Source of the DNA: Lingula anatina
Taxonomy: Eukaryota; Animalia; Brachiopoda
Direction of reading: 5' to 3'
DNA length: 64,000 bases
Assembly (NCBI GenBank): GCA_051362555.1
Contig: CM120644.1
Span: 3,418,954 to 3,482,953 of the forward strand
This document shows, piece by piece, positions 52,549 to 64,000 of the stretch. The notes under the pieces were generated by a model. That model ran no database searches. It saw only the letters and a program-made list of their open reading frames with translations, and was not told where the DNA came from. Position 1 is the first letter of the stretch. Every line of letters starts with the position of its first letter. A program made the translations under genes and the position numbers.

Positions 52549-53525
52549 CACGCTCGGCTGTCACCTTGATTGGATAGTAAACGGTTGTCGTAAAATCGCT
52601 AAAAGATATTAAAACCCGGTGCATAAACTTGAAAACCACCTAGGACAACCTTAGACTGCCACATTAATCCAATACAATGCAAAAATAAACTATAACAAGT
52701 GGTTAAAGCCTTCAAACCGAATGTCGTAAAGTCCCCATATACCTCCATAGAGACAATAAAATATAGTAAGCTTCTGAAACAAGATAAATCCAGTTCCAAC
52801 ATAATAATCGAAATAAAATACTGCCGGGCATCGGAGCGGCCTCAAACTTGGCACGCTTACCGCTAATACTGCAGGCTACATCATCCCGTCGCTCGTTTGT
52901 AAATTCCGTGCATGGCATACGCACAATCAAACCGTATATCCAAATTCCATCTCTGATGTTTGAATTAGTCCTCTCTACAATCCAATTCAGGAAATGACGT
53001 AACCGCAGAGGTCGCATTGTCCAATGGCATGGCTTATTTTTCGTAAGCCCGGTGTACGGTGACCTCTGCGGTTACGTCACTTCTTGATTTGAATAGCGTA
53101 GAGGACTAATTCAAACATCAGAGGTGCAATTTGGATATACGGTTTGATTGTGGGTATGCCATGCACGGAATTTACAAACGAGCGACGGGATGATGTAGCC
53201 TGCAGTATTAGCGGTAAGCGTGCCAAGTTTTAGGCCGCTCCGATGCCCGGCAGTATTTTATTTCGATTATTATGTTGGAACTGGATTTATCTTGTTTCAG
53301 AAGCTTACTATATTTTATTGTCTCTATGGAGGTATATGGGGACTTTACGACATTCGGTTTGAAGGCTTTAACCACTTGTTATAGTTTATTTTTGCATTGT
53401 ATTGGATTAATGTGGCAGTCTAAGGTTGTCCTAGGTGGTTTTCAAGTTTATGCACCGGGTTTTAATATCTTTTAGCGATTTTACGACAACCGTTTACTAT
53501 CCAATCAAGGTGACAGCCGAGCGTG
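52549..53525. mobile_element. Foldback-type non-autonomous DNA transposon (465-bp inverted arms) in IRG intron 1
   Basis: Arms 52549-53013 and 53061-53525 are near-perfect reverse complements; TSD gagatact at 52541-52548 and 53526-53533; termini CACG...CGTG. Confidence 0.92.
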
Positions 53526-54344
53526 GAGATACTCTTAGGGATTTTTTTCATCTTCGTGGATTTTTTTCTTACACGGTTTTGGGGTTGCACTACATCAGTA
53601 TGTAGTGGTGAAAATGTTCAGTGGTGAAAATAAACTGTGAAATACACCAAAACTGGCAAAGATACCAGTATGCCCAAAGTTACTATTGGCATCTTTCTGT
53701 GGCCTTGAATCTGACCTTTGGCCTACATTTAACCATGAACTAATAATTTTCAACCCTCATATCTACAAAACTGGCAGAGATACGCTCATGAATAGTTACT
53801 ATCGAACTTGATTAGGAAGTCATATATGGGCAAACATGATATGACCTTTAATTAGACCTTTGGCCTAGTTTTTGCCTGGAACTGAATATCGCTAATTTCT
53901 CAACCCTTAATTATATCTCAAAAGCTGGCAGAGATGCACCAATAGTTGCTAATGGATGTTATAGGGGCCTATATTGACATTCATAATGTGACCTTTAGTT
54001 TGACCTTTGACCTTCTTTTCCCCACGATTTTTGTAATAAATTGTGATTTTCTACAAAAATATTGTATATAATGATCTTTAGAAAACTACACAGTCCCAAG
54101 CTTTCAGATTATGGTGATGAGTTAAAGAACCCTTCTTCCCCATAACTGACGCACATATCCCCACAACTTCCTTCAAACTTAAATGCGCTTCTTTTGCGGT
54201 ATCGTATCTCAGAACCTCTAGTTTTGCAGTGGGTTTTCATTGTTTTCCTAGCGTTCTGTATTCATGTATATTAATTATCGGCTGCCAACATTTGAAAATC
54301 TCTCTCTCTCCCTCGGTGGGTCCTCTTACTTTTACACACACACT

Positions 54345-54346
54345 CT

Positions 54347-54415
<69 letters not shown>
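54345..54415. repeat. (CT)n(CA)n compound microsatellite
   Basis: Direct reading. Confidence 0.95.
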
Positions 54416-54417
<2 letters not shown>

Positions 54418-54509
54418 CTGTGTGCTAAGAAAAATACTTGGGCAAGCAGGTTGATTGTACTTTTGGTCCAGTATAGCGTAAAAGTATTTCTCTTGGTGTG
54501 AAATTTCAG

Positions 54510-54555
54510 GCTGAACGAGGTCATGCCCAAAGTCATCATGAGAAAAAACCTGAAG
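54510..54555 (+). CDS. IRG exon 2
   Basis: tttcag|AERGHAQSHHEKKPE(G)|gtaggc, phase 0/1. Confidence 0.7.
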
Positions 54556-54829
54556 GTAGGCTTTTAAAAAATATTTTTATTTTATGTACTGATAATTACC
54601 CTTGTTAATTAATTTAGGTGGAGCTCTTGAAAAAGTCCACCTATGCTGAACAAAGTCAACAAAGGGTTCAATTAGCTAACTAAATGGCTTTTAGCAAAAA
54701 TTAAGGAAGAGTTTCCAAACAAAAGTCGTGTCTTTAGTTTACATCGTAAAAATACGTTATTTATGTTCACTGCAACTAGAAAGAAAGCTCTACTTTACGC
54801 AAAAGTAGCTAGCTTCAGCATTTTTCCAG

Positions 54830-55036
54830 GGTTTAACTATTATGAAGAAATGATGGACATAATCACGAACAAAGATTTCACAGAAGCAACATTTAAATGG
54901 ATGCGGGACAGTATGGACCATTGGAAGAAAACGGACCTTCATGTCGCCATGATAGGTGAATCGGGAGCCGGAAAGTCGGCATTTATAAATGCAGCCCTCG
55001 ATCTGGACGAAACTGATCCACGGGCGGCAAAAGTTG
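54830..55036 (+). CDS. IRG exon 3 (P-loop GESGAGKS)
   Basis: ttccag|(G)FNYYEEMMDII...HVAMIGESGAGKSAFINAAL...AAKV(G)|gtaggt, phase 1/1. Confidence 0.88.
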
Positions 55037-55465
55037 GTAGGTAAAAGATCTGAAATTCTCGTGGATATGGCAAACGTCGATATAAAAATTATCCCCCTTT
55101 TTTTTTATTTACTATATTCAATTAATACAAGGGGCAACCAAATATTGACGCTTCCCATGCGCTTCTATAACCCGTTTTCTTATTAGCTAAACGCAAATTT
55201 TTCATTTTTTTAGTTCATTTTAACAGTAGTTCTTTTTATTCTACAATGTATATTCTACATCATTTACAGCATATTATCATCTATGTAACAGCAGGTATTA
55301 CCTTCATGAGATTAAAACGTTTACAATTATGCACTGCTAAACTGGTTAAAATCAAGGGATTTTAGTTCAGAACATCTACTTTTATTTGAGGGCATGTTAT
55401 TTTTATATGCTGGTACATATAACTGTTTGATTTTATCATTCTTTTTTTTTTCTTTTGCGTAACAG

Positions 55466-56408
55466 GTGTTGTTGAAACGACTAGAGAACCTGCACCTTAC
55501 AAACTCCCAGATAAGCCCCTGACTTTGTGGGACCTTCCTGGCGTTGGCACAGCATCTTTTCCAAAGGAAACGTATCTACGACAAATCAAATTTCGTAGAT
55601 ATGAATTCTTTATCATCGTTTCAAGCACACGCTTTTCGGAAAACGACCTGTGGCTGGCAAAGGCCATTCAACAAGAGAACAAGAAGTTTTACTTCGTCAG
55701 GTCAAAGATTGACATCGATATTTACAACAGCAGACGACAGCGTGTCCCTTTAGAGGAGGTTCTGCGCCAAGTATACGACAACTGTCACGAGACGCTCAGC
55801 CGAGGAGGGTTTGCGAACGTTCCTGTTTTTCTTATATCAAATTACGACCCAAGCGATTGGGATTTTCAGAAACTTATGCGCCAACTCATCGATGACGTCC
55901 CAGAAAAGAAACGAGAAGCTCTGGTCCTCTGTATAGCAGCTACTGGCGAAGAAGCAATCCGCGCCAAAAGAAAAGCGTTGGAGAATCGTATCTGGGTAGC
56001 CTCAGGCTTGGCTTCTGCTGGCGTACTTGTTCCGGTACCAGGAACAAGCATTGCTGCAAATTTTGCTGTACTGTTGTACGAAGTTAGCTTCTACGAGGAG
56101 CAATTTGGACTGAACCAACATTTAAAGGCAGATCTTTTTTTAAAGGGGGGTGCCTCAGAGGGGCCACGCTCTCGAGTTTAGCGACCAAGAAAGGAATAAC
56201 AGAGTTGATCAAAAAGATTGTCATCAATAAGGGCCCTCAAACTCTCTTGGCAGAGGCTGCGCGTTGGATCCCCCTCGCTGGCACCGCCGTATCTGCAGGA
56301 ATTACTTTCTCAACCACATACCACGCCCTGCACTGTATACTGGACACATTTGAGCAAGAGGCGCTGAATAACCTGATGACGAAAACTGTCTTACATGATG
56401 AATTATAG
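55466..56408 (+). CDS. IRG exon 4: immunity-related (interferon-inducible p47-type) GTPase G domain and helical C-terminus ending HDEL, with a -1 frame break at ~56120-56150
   Basis: GVVETT (G2), LWDLPG (G3), YFVRSKID (G4), VFLISN, VPVPG; frame 0 stops at 56181; the -1 frame continues with the IRG-like EAARWIPLAGTAVSAGITFSTTYHAL...HDEL*. Confidence 0.88.
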
Positions 56409-59400
56409 GAAACTGTTCAAGAGAAATTATTTTCCTGAGTAGATTATCCTGAAATTCACGTCATTTAGACATTCTTCTCTGCAAAATTAAGACGAATTTT
56501 AAGACCGTATTTTTTCTCTACGAATTAGAATATCATTATAATTTTCATTATCACTTGAAGCGTAAAAACATCAAATGAGCAGGTTGTAGCCACGATAAGT
56601 AAAGCTTGAGAATGTTAAAATAATAAGAATAACGTTAACATATCCTATAGTACTGATTTTAAAATGATAAGAATATCATATCCTATAGTGTTTCACGGAC
56701 ACGCCTATAGGATTCAATTCATGTAACATGTCTCGGGTCTATTTTTTTAAATTGTGTATAAATGCTTCGCATAGTTGAGGGGGGAAATCTCAGCTCCGAG
56801 GTTTAATTGCTAGACCCCTACAGGGCTGCGCGCGTGGTAGGCGGGAGACCATTTGGTAGGTCTATAGCTTTTAAGGGGGATAGGCCATATTTGTTAATCC
56901 GCGGATCATCTGTTCTCAATGCGACCACCGACAGCGTATTATCTACTGCAAAAAATGTCATTATAAAGTTTTTACAAAAAATAAGACACGTGCTTCTAAT
57001 GCCTTCATTGACACTGGTTTCTGACTGCATAGCTTAAGCCTTTGGTACGGGTATTATGGTGGGATGCGCATTTGTATCCCACTCAGTCCGAGCAAGAAAA
57101 GTCGAACTACAATCCCATGGTCCGAGGAACTATTAATGTGTTCTTGCTGCTCCCCAAAAGATGATGTTTTTTCATTGATTTTTCCTACAGTTCCGACTTA
57201 TAAATGACAACAAGGATTTTAATCTTGCTTTAATAACTCTTACTAATAATATCTGCAGTGTATTTGTAATATCAGGACTTTAACCGTATTCACCTAATTA
57301 GGGAAAAAAAACTACACGGCTGGTGCCATTTTCATGTCATTTCAATTTCAACATTTTCCAAATTATCATCTGTGAAAGAGTTATACGCTCCACTACGGAC
57401 GCTTATATCAGTGCATAGTCTCAGAAATGGTCCGTGGTGCATCTGGCATCATCCGGCTATCAGGGCTCTAAAGTGGCAAGGCATTCTTTTGACAGGTATA
57501 TTGGAGATTGAACTGGAATGATATTCCAAGTATCAACCGATCGGAGCTTACCCAGTTTGGTTTAGATTTGTTGTGGGACCAATGCGCCGTTGATTCTTGC
57601 TACTTTGAGGCAACAAGATTTGCATATACAAGAGAATTAGACTGTGTGAAATTTTAAAATAAACTAGATAAATATTTTTTTTTATTTTCATTTGATTTGG
57701 TGTGTAATTGTCTATAGTTAAAGATGACTTAAACCTTTTTGTACTGCCTATAGGACCCTTTTAGCAAGCCCTCTTCTCTGCTGCATTTTAGTTTCCCTTA
57801 TTCGGCCGCTTGGCGGTAGCACTTTCAGTGAAGCTCTTGTGACTGGAAGCTACCGTGCACTAAGCCAAGTGCACTAAGTCACATGACCCTGTGATCAGAG
57901 GTTGCAGTAATGTGAACACTGTTCAATCACGTGAGTTAGAGTATATATATTGTTGCAATCTCAAGGGAAGGGTAGTAGTCAAATAAAAGGCGCACCTCAA
58001 TCTGGTATCGCAGATAGCATAAAATGTAAGTAATGTAGCAGAGGAGGATTGAGGCCATCTTCTGGGTCTTTTGGAAGACGGTCAGATTTCAATTTACATT
58101 GATGGGTATCTTATTTTTTCTGTCGGAAGACAGTCAAAAATGGAGGATGGATCAGCAAAGATAATTGGGAAGACTTTTAAAATATATCTGGATCCGTCAC
58201 TGCTGTAGTAATGTATCTAATAGTTCATGTTTTCTAATATTTCAGTACTTTATTGTTTATCGTATATTTATGTCATTATTTATTTATTTTTTAGAATTGT
58301 ACAAAGCAAGACAAAAAAAGAAAGAAAGAAAGTAGTAACGTATCAACAGTAGCAACAGTATCAACCAAATATTGGAACAAATTGTGCTGTCGACGGACCC
58401 ATACCGCTTACTCGTCAATAAAGGGCATTTTTATGCATAACGTAGTCTACTATACTGGTAAGGTATCCTTATTTTTGTTATTGTTATAGTCTTGATTGCA
58501 AGTGTTTGAATCTGAAGTACGGTGTTTGCTGAACCAGGGGGAATATTATGACGTTGTAAACGTTATAGTGGAACTGAATGGTTTAAATGGCGGTTTTTAA
58601 CCTACAGGCTTCAAATCTGGCAATTTTGCGGCCGTAGTAGCTACTCAAACCATTGATGCAAGTAATCTGTAAATACAGTTGATCTGTGTGGACGGATAGT
58701 TTCATCTTGTAATGTGAAATTGCTCCTCTGTTGCCCTCAGGCAAATGCGAGGCCGACAATTTCCAGAATATTCCTGTACTTGATGTGGTTCAGGTTTCTT
58801 TCGATGTTTTCCAATGAGGTTTAGGCACCAATGTGAGTAATAAATAAACACGCCGTCAAACGTAGTGTGATCAATCGCAATAACTAACATATACGTCAAA
58901 CATATTGTGACACGGCCGCAAGTAAGGAGAAATAGGTGAATGAAACCCAAGCCATATCATAATATTTTTTTATTATTCCACAGCAACTTGATCTGCCAAT
59001 ATTTAACCGAATACCGCCCTAAAGGCGGTCACCACCTTTGTTTATAATTTTATTTTTTATAATATTATAAAAAAGTACGAGTTAAAATATGCTAAAAGAA
59101 AGAAAAATTAAATTCCGTCGTGCCGCCACAATCTTCAGTTTGGATTGTTTCATAACGTTTAAAATAATTTAATCCCTATTGTGTGAATAGAAAAGGGTGA
59201 ACAAACAATGGACAACCATATCAATGCTGTCAAATTTTGAACGGAATCACACAATAGCTTAGACGGGTGAACCACATGACGCAGGCATGTGTGGTACAGC
59301 AAGATCAAGCGATTCACTGTAATTAGGTATAATTAACAGCAGAACACATCAGCTGAAAGATCATAATGTTTGTTGCGGACTAAGATCTAATAAACGGGAA

Positions 59401-59693
59401 GATTGGACAGCGGCATTTTCCTTTTGAACAGACGTTCGTACGGGAAAACATTGCTCTATTGTTCCCCTTAAGTTGTTTTGATAGCCGGGCTTAATTTTAA
59501 TCCCCATTGTACCTAAACCGTGTTTAGCGAATAGCGTGGTTTCTCCTGCGTTCTCGAGGACGCCACATCGTCGTCAAGTAGATCCGCCATATTGGATTAG
59601 CACTGGCACACATGGAGTTGTTTTATTAAAAAGTGCTAAAGATGTACAGTTTGTTTACATTTCGTAGTTGTCTTAATAATTTATATTAAGAAG

Positions 59694-60559
59694 AGGTAGG
59701 GGAGAGCGGGGCAAAACGCACCCCCTTAAGGAAGAATCCCTCTAGTTTCCATTGTCAAAAAGATATTCCATCCAAATTGGCACCGATATAGTCGTTCTGA
59801 TATGGGGTTCAGTCTGGAACATGCATTTTTAAGTAGTTGCAAAAGAAAAGACACAATGGTTAAAATTAGGAAAAAATTTTTTGGCCTTTTTGCCCCATGG
59901 GTGGGGCAAAAAGCCTTTTGTCACAGGGCAAAACGCCCATGGTGGGCGTTTTACCCCAAATCCAACAATATCCCTTGTTTTGAATGAACCAAGAATGTCT
60001 TTCCTAATTTCAGTTATTTTTTCTTTGAATTATAACATTTTTTTTCATTTTCTGTTGTTTTTTTAATCATGCGTATGTAAGCTCTTTCACCGAGAGGATA
60101 GGATTATCTTAAATTGTTATTTACTTCTCATATTTATGAAAACTGGATTTACTCACAAATGAAAATGCAACAAACGCAACTTACACCTATATTTCAGAGC
60201 AATAAAAACAATTTACAAATCTATACCAAGCTGTAAGTTGAGAAAAAACCACTTTTGAAATGTTACACATTACAATTTTAAAACACAAGAACTGCTTCTG
60301 GAGATGGAGAGTAGTGCAGACTCAAGAAAATAATTAACGATTTATGATATTTCTTAATATTACTTAATATCATTCAACATAATACGCAAAACACTTCCTA
60401 TCATTTTAACTTTATTGTTAGCATTGTGCCATTTGCAAAACCTAAACTACTATTTAATAACGAGGTATAGCCTATCTTAAAAACACAGGGGCTGATACAG
60501 GTTGTTGGTATTTGAGAGAGCAATGGGTGCCATTTGGCACGGTTTAGAACTACGAGTAT

Positions 60560-60591
<32 letters not shown>

Positions 60592-61170
60592 TTGTCATCC
60601 TTCTTATACCCTTTACGGTGTCAAGGGGAAAAAGAGTTTGAGTTTTCCGTCCCTGACTAGCTGGAATGCTTGGTTGAGTGGGATGTTGTTAGATTGCAAA
60701 ATCTCTCGGTACTCCATCTACATGAAGCCTGCCCACTTCTTTCTCGGTCTTCCCCTTGCCTTAAAACCGGAGTGTTTCTTTACATGCACTTTGTTCCCCG
60801 GTAGATGTGGAGGCATTCGTGCCAGGTGACCGAACCATTTGATAGTCTGTTTTTGAGTCAGCTAGTCAAAATTAAGGGGGGGGGGGGGGGAGGGGTCAGA
60901 CCCCCCCTCTAAATCCGCCACTGTTAAAAACATCTTTCTTGGTGTATAGAGAGTTGTTTGTCCCCAATCACTGACACAGTAGGTTTTCAGTTAGTGGTTA
61001 TGAACTGTGACATGTAACTTGTTTTTTTATAACACCTTTTATGTTATCATTCCCTCAGTTTATAAATTAAAAGTAAGGTAGGTGGGTTGAGTGGGGCAAA
61101 ACGCCCATCACGCGGGGCAAGACGCCCCCCATGGCGTTTTGCCCCTTTCTGTGGTAGGCCCTTTGCCCCG
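59694..61170. mobile_element. Probable decayed pogo/Tc1-mariner-like non-autonomous element interrupted by other inserts
   Basis: gggagagcggggcaaaacg at the left end and repeated ggggcaaaacgccc / ttttgcccc motifs near 59880-59960 and 61090-61170. Confidence 0.35.
60560..60858 (-). mobile_element. 5'-truncated RTE-clade LINE 3' end
   Basis: Minus strand reads QTIKWFGHLARMPP...GFKARGRPRKKW (RTE ORF C-terminal motif), followed by a (GAAA)n tail at 60560-60592. Confidence 0.75.
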
Positions 61171-63130
61171 AACTGATACATTTGTTTTATTTTCCAAAAA
61201 AATCGGAAAGGTTCGGAGATAAACAACTGTTAGTGTTAACATGTCGAGACAAGATTGCTAGGTAACTGGCAAAAGCGATAATTTTAAATTTAATCCATCT
61301 TACCCGCAGAGCCACAGATATAAAGTGAGGGTGAAATTAAAAGAAATGGGGTCAAAAGTACAAAGGTGTTCGTAAAATACATAGCTATTGGTGAGACTGG
61401 GCCTTGGTTACATGAACACACTTCGTCTGCTATGCGGTATATGGCGTAATGCCATGTGGATTAAAATCTCGCATTATTAAAGAAAAATCGCAAATTGTCT
61501 TTTTGCCCTAATACTCAATAGCGCACTACCTGTAACAACAGCTGCCATTTTATAGAAATTGACTCAACGTGGAGATAAAGCCGGAAACGTGACGAGATTA
61601 TCAACGTAACTGATAGTGATATTCGATGCTGTTTTGGACAATAATGTCATGCTAACCTACAGGGAGACACTGACTGGTTAAGCTACACCAAAACAGAAAC
61701 TTGATCTATTATGCATGTTTGTAAAACTTTATGTCACTATCAGCGGTCATTCTTTTAGAGCACAGTTGATTGAAATTTACCAGAATACTCATACGCGTAG
61801 CAAATCAGTGAAACAAAAAATCCTTCAAGAAAAAGTAGATGATTGCTAAAAATTATCAATATTTCATCAGATTCGGCATTTAAAACTGATCATTCATTTC
61901 TGGCTGATAAGGTAACATAATACTAGTCATATTCTGTTCATAAGCATTTTATTATATAGATTTAATAGGGCACAGAAATTGAAATGCAAATAAAAATTTT
62001 AACACCTTTAGATACCACTGACTGTAACACAATCACAACAGATAGATAATTTATTTAGGAGTACTAGTTTCACATGACAAAGAATTATAGCATTTTCCCC
62101 CTATTTTGACTTGTTTCAACATTAATATCACATTCAATAAAAAATTATGCACTTGATGATAATATTTATCTATTGCTAAGAGCACTACTGACCAATTCTA
62201 ACCTACACTTGACAATACACTAAACTTCAGAGTTTACAGAAGGGAGACAATTAGTAAAGATATATTTGTTTTTCATGAAGAACAACATATGGCTAGTTTC
62301 AAGGTGGCCCATTTGCTGAAATATCAATGTGCCTGTCAGGTTCTTGAGTAGCACCGAGCAAACTTGACAGAGGTACGTCGTCATCAGAATCACTTACATT
62401 GCAACATACATCTGAAAAAATAATATCACACAGTTAAAAAGATGCTGACATGTGTTAATTGCCCATGTTATGTTAAAGTCCACTGTGCGGACAGCACTGA
62501 CCTAGTTCTTTGTGCACTTGTAAAACTATCAAGCAAAAATTAAATATATAATTTCGGGCAGCTTACCATTATGTTGTGAATTTGTTAATTTAATACATCA
62601 GTGTGTCTTTCTGATTGTTGACAATCACTTAGCAAACTTGACAGTGGTGCAACTAAATCATCTGCAACACTTGTATTATTACATTCATCTGAGATGATAA
62701 AATAATATTTTACTGTTAAAAAGGTTCTGACATGTGCTAGTCTCTTATTATTTGTCATTAGTACAAGTCCACTGTGGTGAGAGCACCTAGCTGCCTTTGA
62801 ATTCTATACTGGTAATAATGTTGTCGGTACAGTGGAAATATCTAACTGAGCATGACACACAAGGGACAGAATAATAGTGCCCATGTATATAAAACATTTT
62901 ACTTTCAACTCCATAAACTAAAAAGTTCTAGTTATAGACCAGAAAGCTTACCGATTTTTGCTGCCAGATTTTTCTATTTATTTTTGCTCCTGCGAGCCTT
63001 TACCTATTTTAATGGCATCTGAAAACAAAACAAAAATAATAATTATAATGATGTGAGACACATTTTACCGCATTGTTTTCATTACTTAGGTATAAATCAC
63101 GGATAAAAATGCCATCGTTTGTAGCCCATT

Positions 63131-63545
63131 GATAACGACAGTCGCCGCCATCTTGTTTTATTGCCATCTTTACCAATGAATATTTCTAAGAAACCATGTT
63201 AATTTTAACTAAGTTTATCCCTAGGGCCTTCCACTACTTGTTTAGTTGGACACAGTTTAACTGTCAACGCAAAGTGCAGGTCCAATTTCGTGTTTGGCTT
63301 TGCATTTGAAGCCCCTCGATAACGATAGTCGCCGCCATCTTGTTTTATCGTCATCTTTACCGATAAATATTTCTAAGAAAACAAGCTAAATTTTAACTAA
63401 GTTTATCCCTAGGACCGTCCACTACCTGTTTAGATGGACATAGTAAAACTGCCAACGCATTGTACAGATCCACTTTCGTGTTCGGCTTTGCATTTGAACC
63501 CCGGCGATTATGATCTGCACCGCCATCTTGCTTTATTGCCCGATT
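63131..63545. repeat. ~187-bp tandem repeat (2.2 copies)
   Basis: Units start at 63131, 63318, 63506; each carries ccgccatcttg. Confidence 0.85.
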
Positions 63546-64000
63546 TATTGTTTAAATTTTCATTGAAAACGAAGCTGTTATAAATTAAATTATCAACCAA
63601 TAAAACCAACGTGTTATTCAGTCATCAATAATATATAAAATCCAACGTACAAAAAATCAAATGGCCCGTGTTAGACCTTAGGTAACAAGGCATTCAGACT
63701 CGCTTGTTCGTCGCCATATTGCTAATTAGAATGCAACAACGGATTGAAGGCAATTTTTCACGATGACATCTGCTCCAAAATATTGCAAATTTTACACACA
63801 AGTGAACCCTGTTAGTTTTCACTTCTGCACATAAATTTTCAGAGAAACTACAAGACTAAAAGCGGTAATTTACCTACCTTGAAATCGCCCACATGCAACA
63901 GAACTCGACCTTCGCACGAACACAACGCGACTGACTACTTCCGCCGTACGAACGTCTTTCCACAGTTAATCGGATTACCCTTTGAACAATTGCCGAGTGT

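Noticed and set aside
52599-53475. Identical 67-aa ORFs on opposite strands
   Set aside because: By-product of the foldback element's inverted arms; no recognisable protein
54763-54829. ORF-track start MFTATRKK... for the IRG
   Set aside because: Lies upstream of a good acceptor (ttccag, 54829) and is better explained as intron read-through; the spliced model gives a coherent signal peptide
56205-56408. Separate 67-aa gene
   Set aside because: It is the IRG C-terminal helical region in the -1 frame, not an independent gene; I found no convincing intron that bridges the break
57105-57120. ZNF143/SBS-like actacaatccca (also actacacagtccca at ~54085)
   Set aside because: Spacing does not match the ACTAYRnnnCCCR consensus and there is no associated gene start

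Overview
Eukaryotic, AT-rich, intron-containing animal DNA; the repeat content (Meta-type SINE, Helentron/HINE-like elements, Harbinger/hAT MITEs) suggests an invertebrate, possibly a mollusc, which is inference only. I reconstructed three protein-coding genes by hand from GT-AG exon chains. (1) GOLGA4/golgin-245 on the minus strand: ATG at 14898, 11 short exons, then a >6.1 kb coiled-coil exon that runs off the left edge. (2) LRRFIP (LRRFIP1/2 family) on the plus strand, head-to-head with GOLGA4 (ATG 15356), with a 5.3 kb low-complexity alternative exon (31096-36429) and two duplicated alternative last exons (44338-44433 and 48925-49032). (3) An immunity-related p47 GTPase (IRG/IIGP family, GKS P-loop) at 51959-56408. 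The IRG is the standout. Two small upstream exons missed by the ORF track add a signal-peptide-like N-terminus (MTFCYIIILLLTHLSQA), and the protein ends in HDEL*, which points to an ER-lumenal IRG. A palindromic NF-kB site lies just upstream. The HDEL-bearing C-terminus is in the -1 frame behind four clustered slippery heptamers and a GC-rich hairpin; this is either programmed frameshifting, a loss-of-function indel or a homopolymer assembly error. The remainder is introns, 3' UTR and transposon relics.
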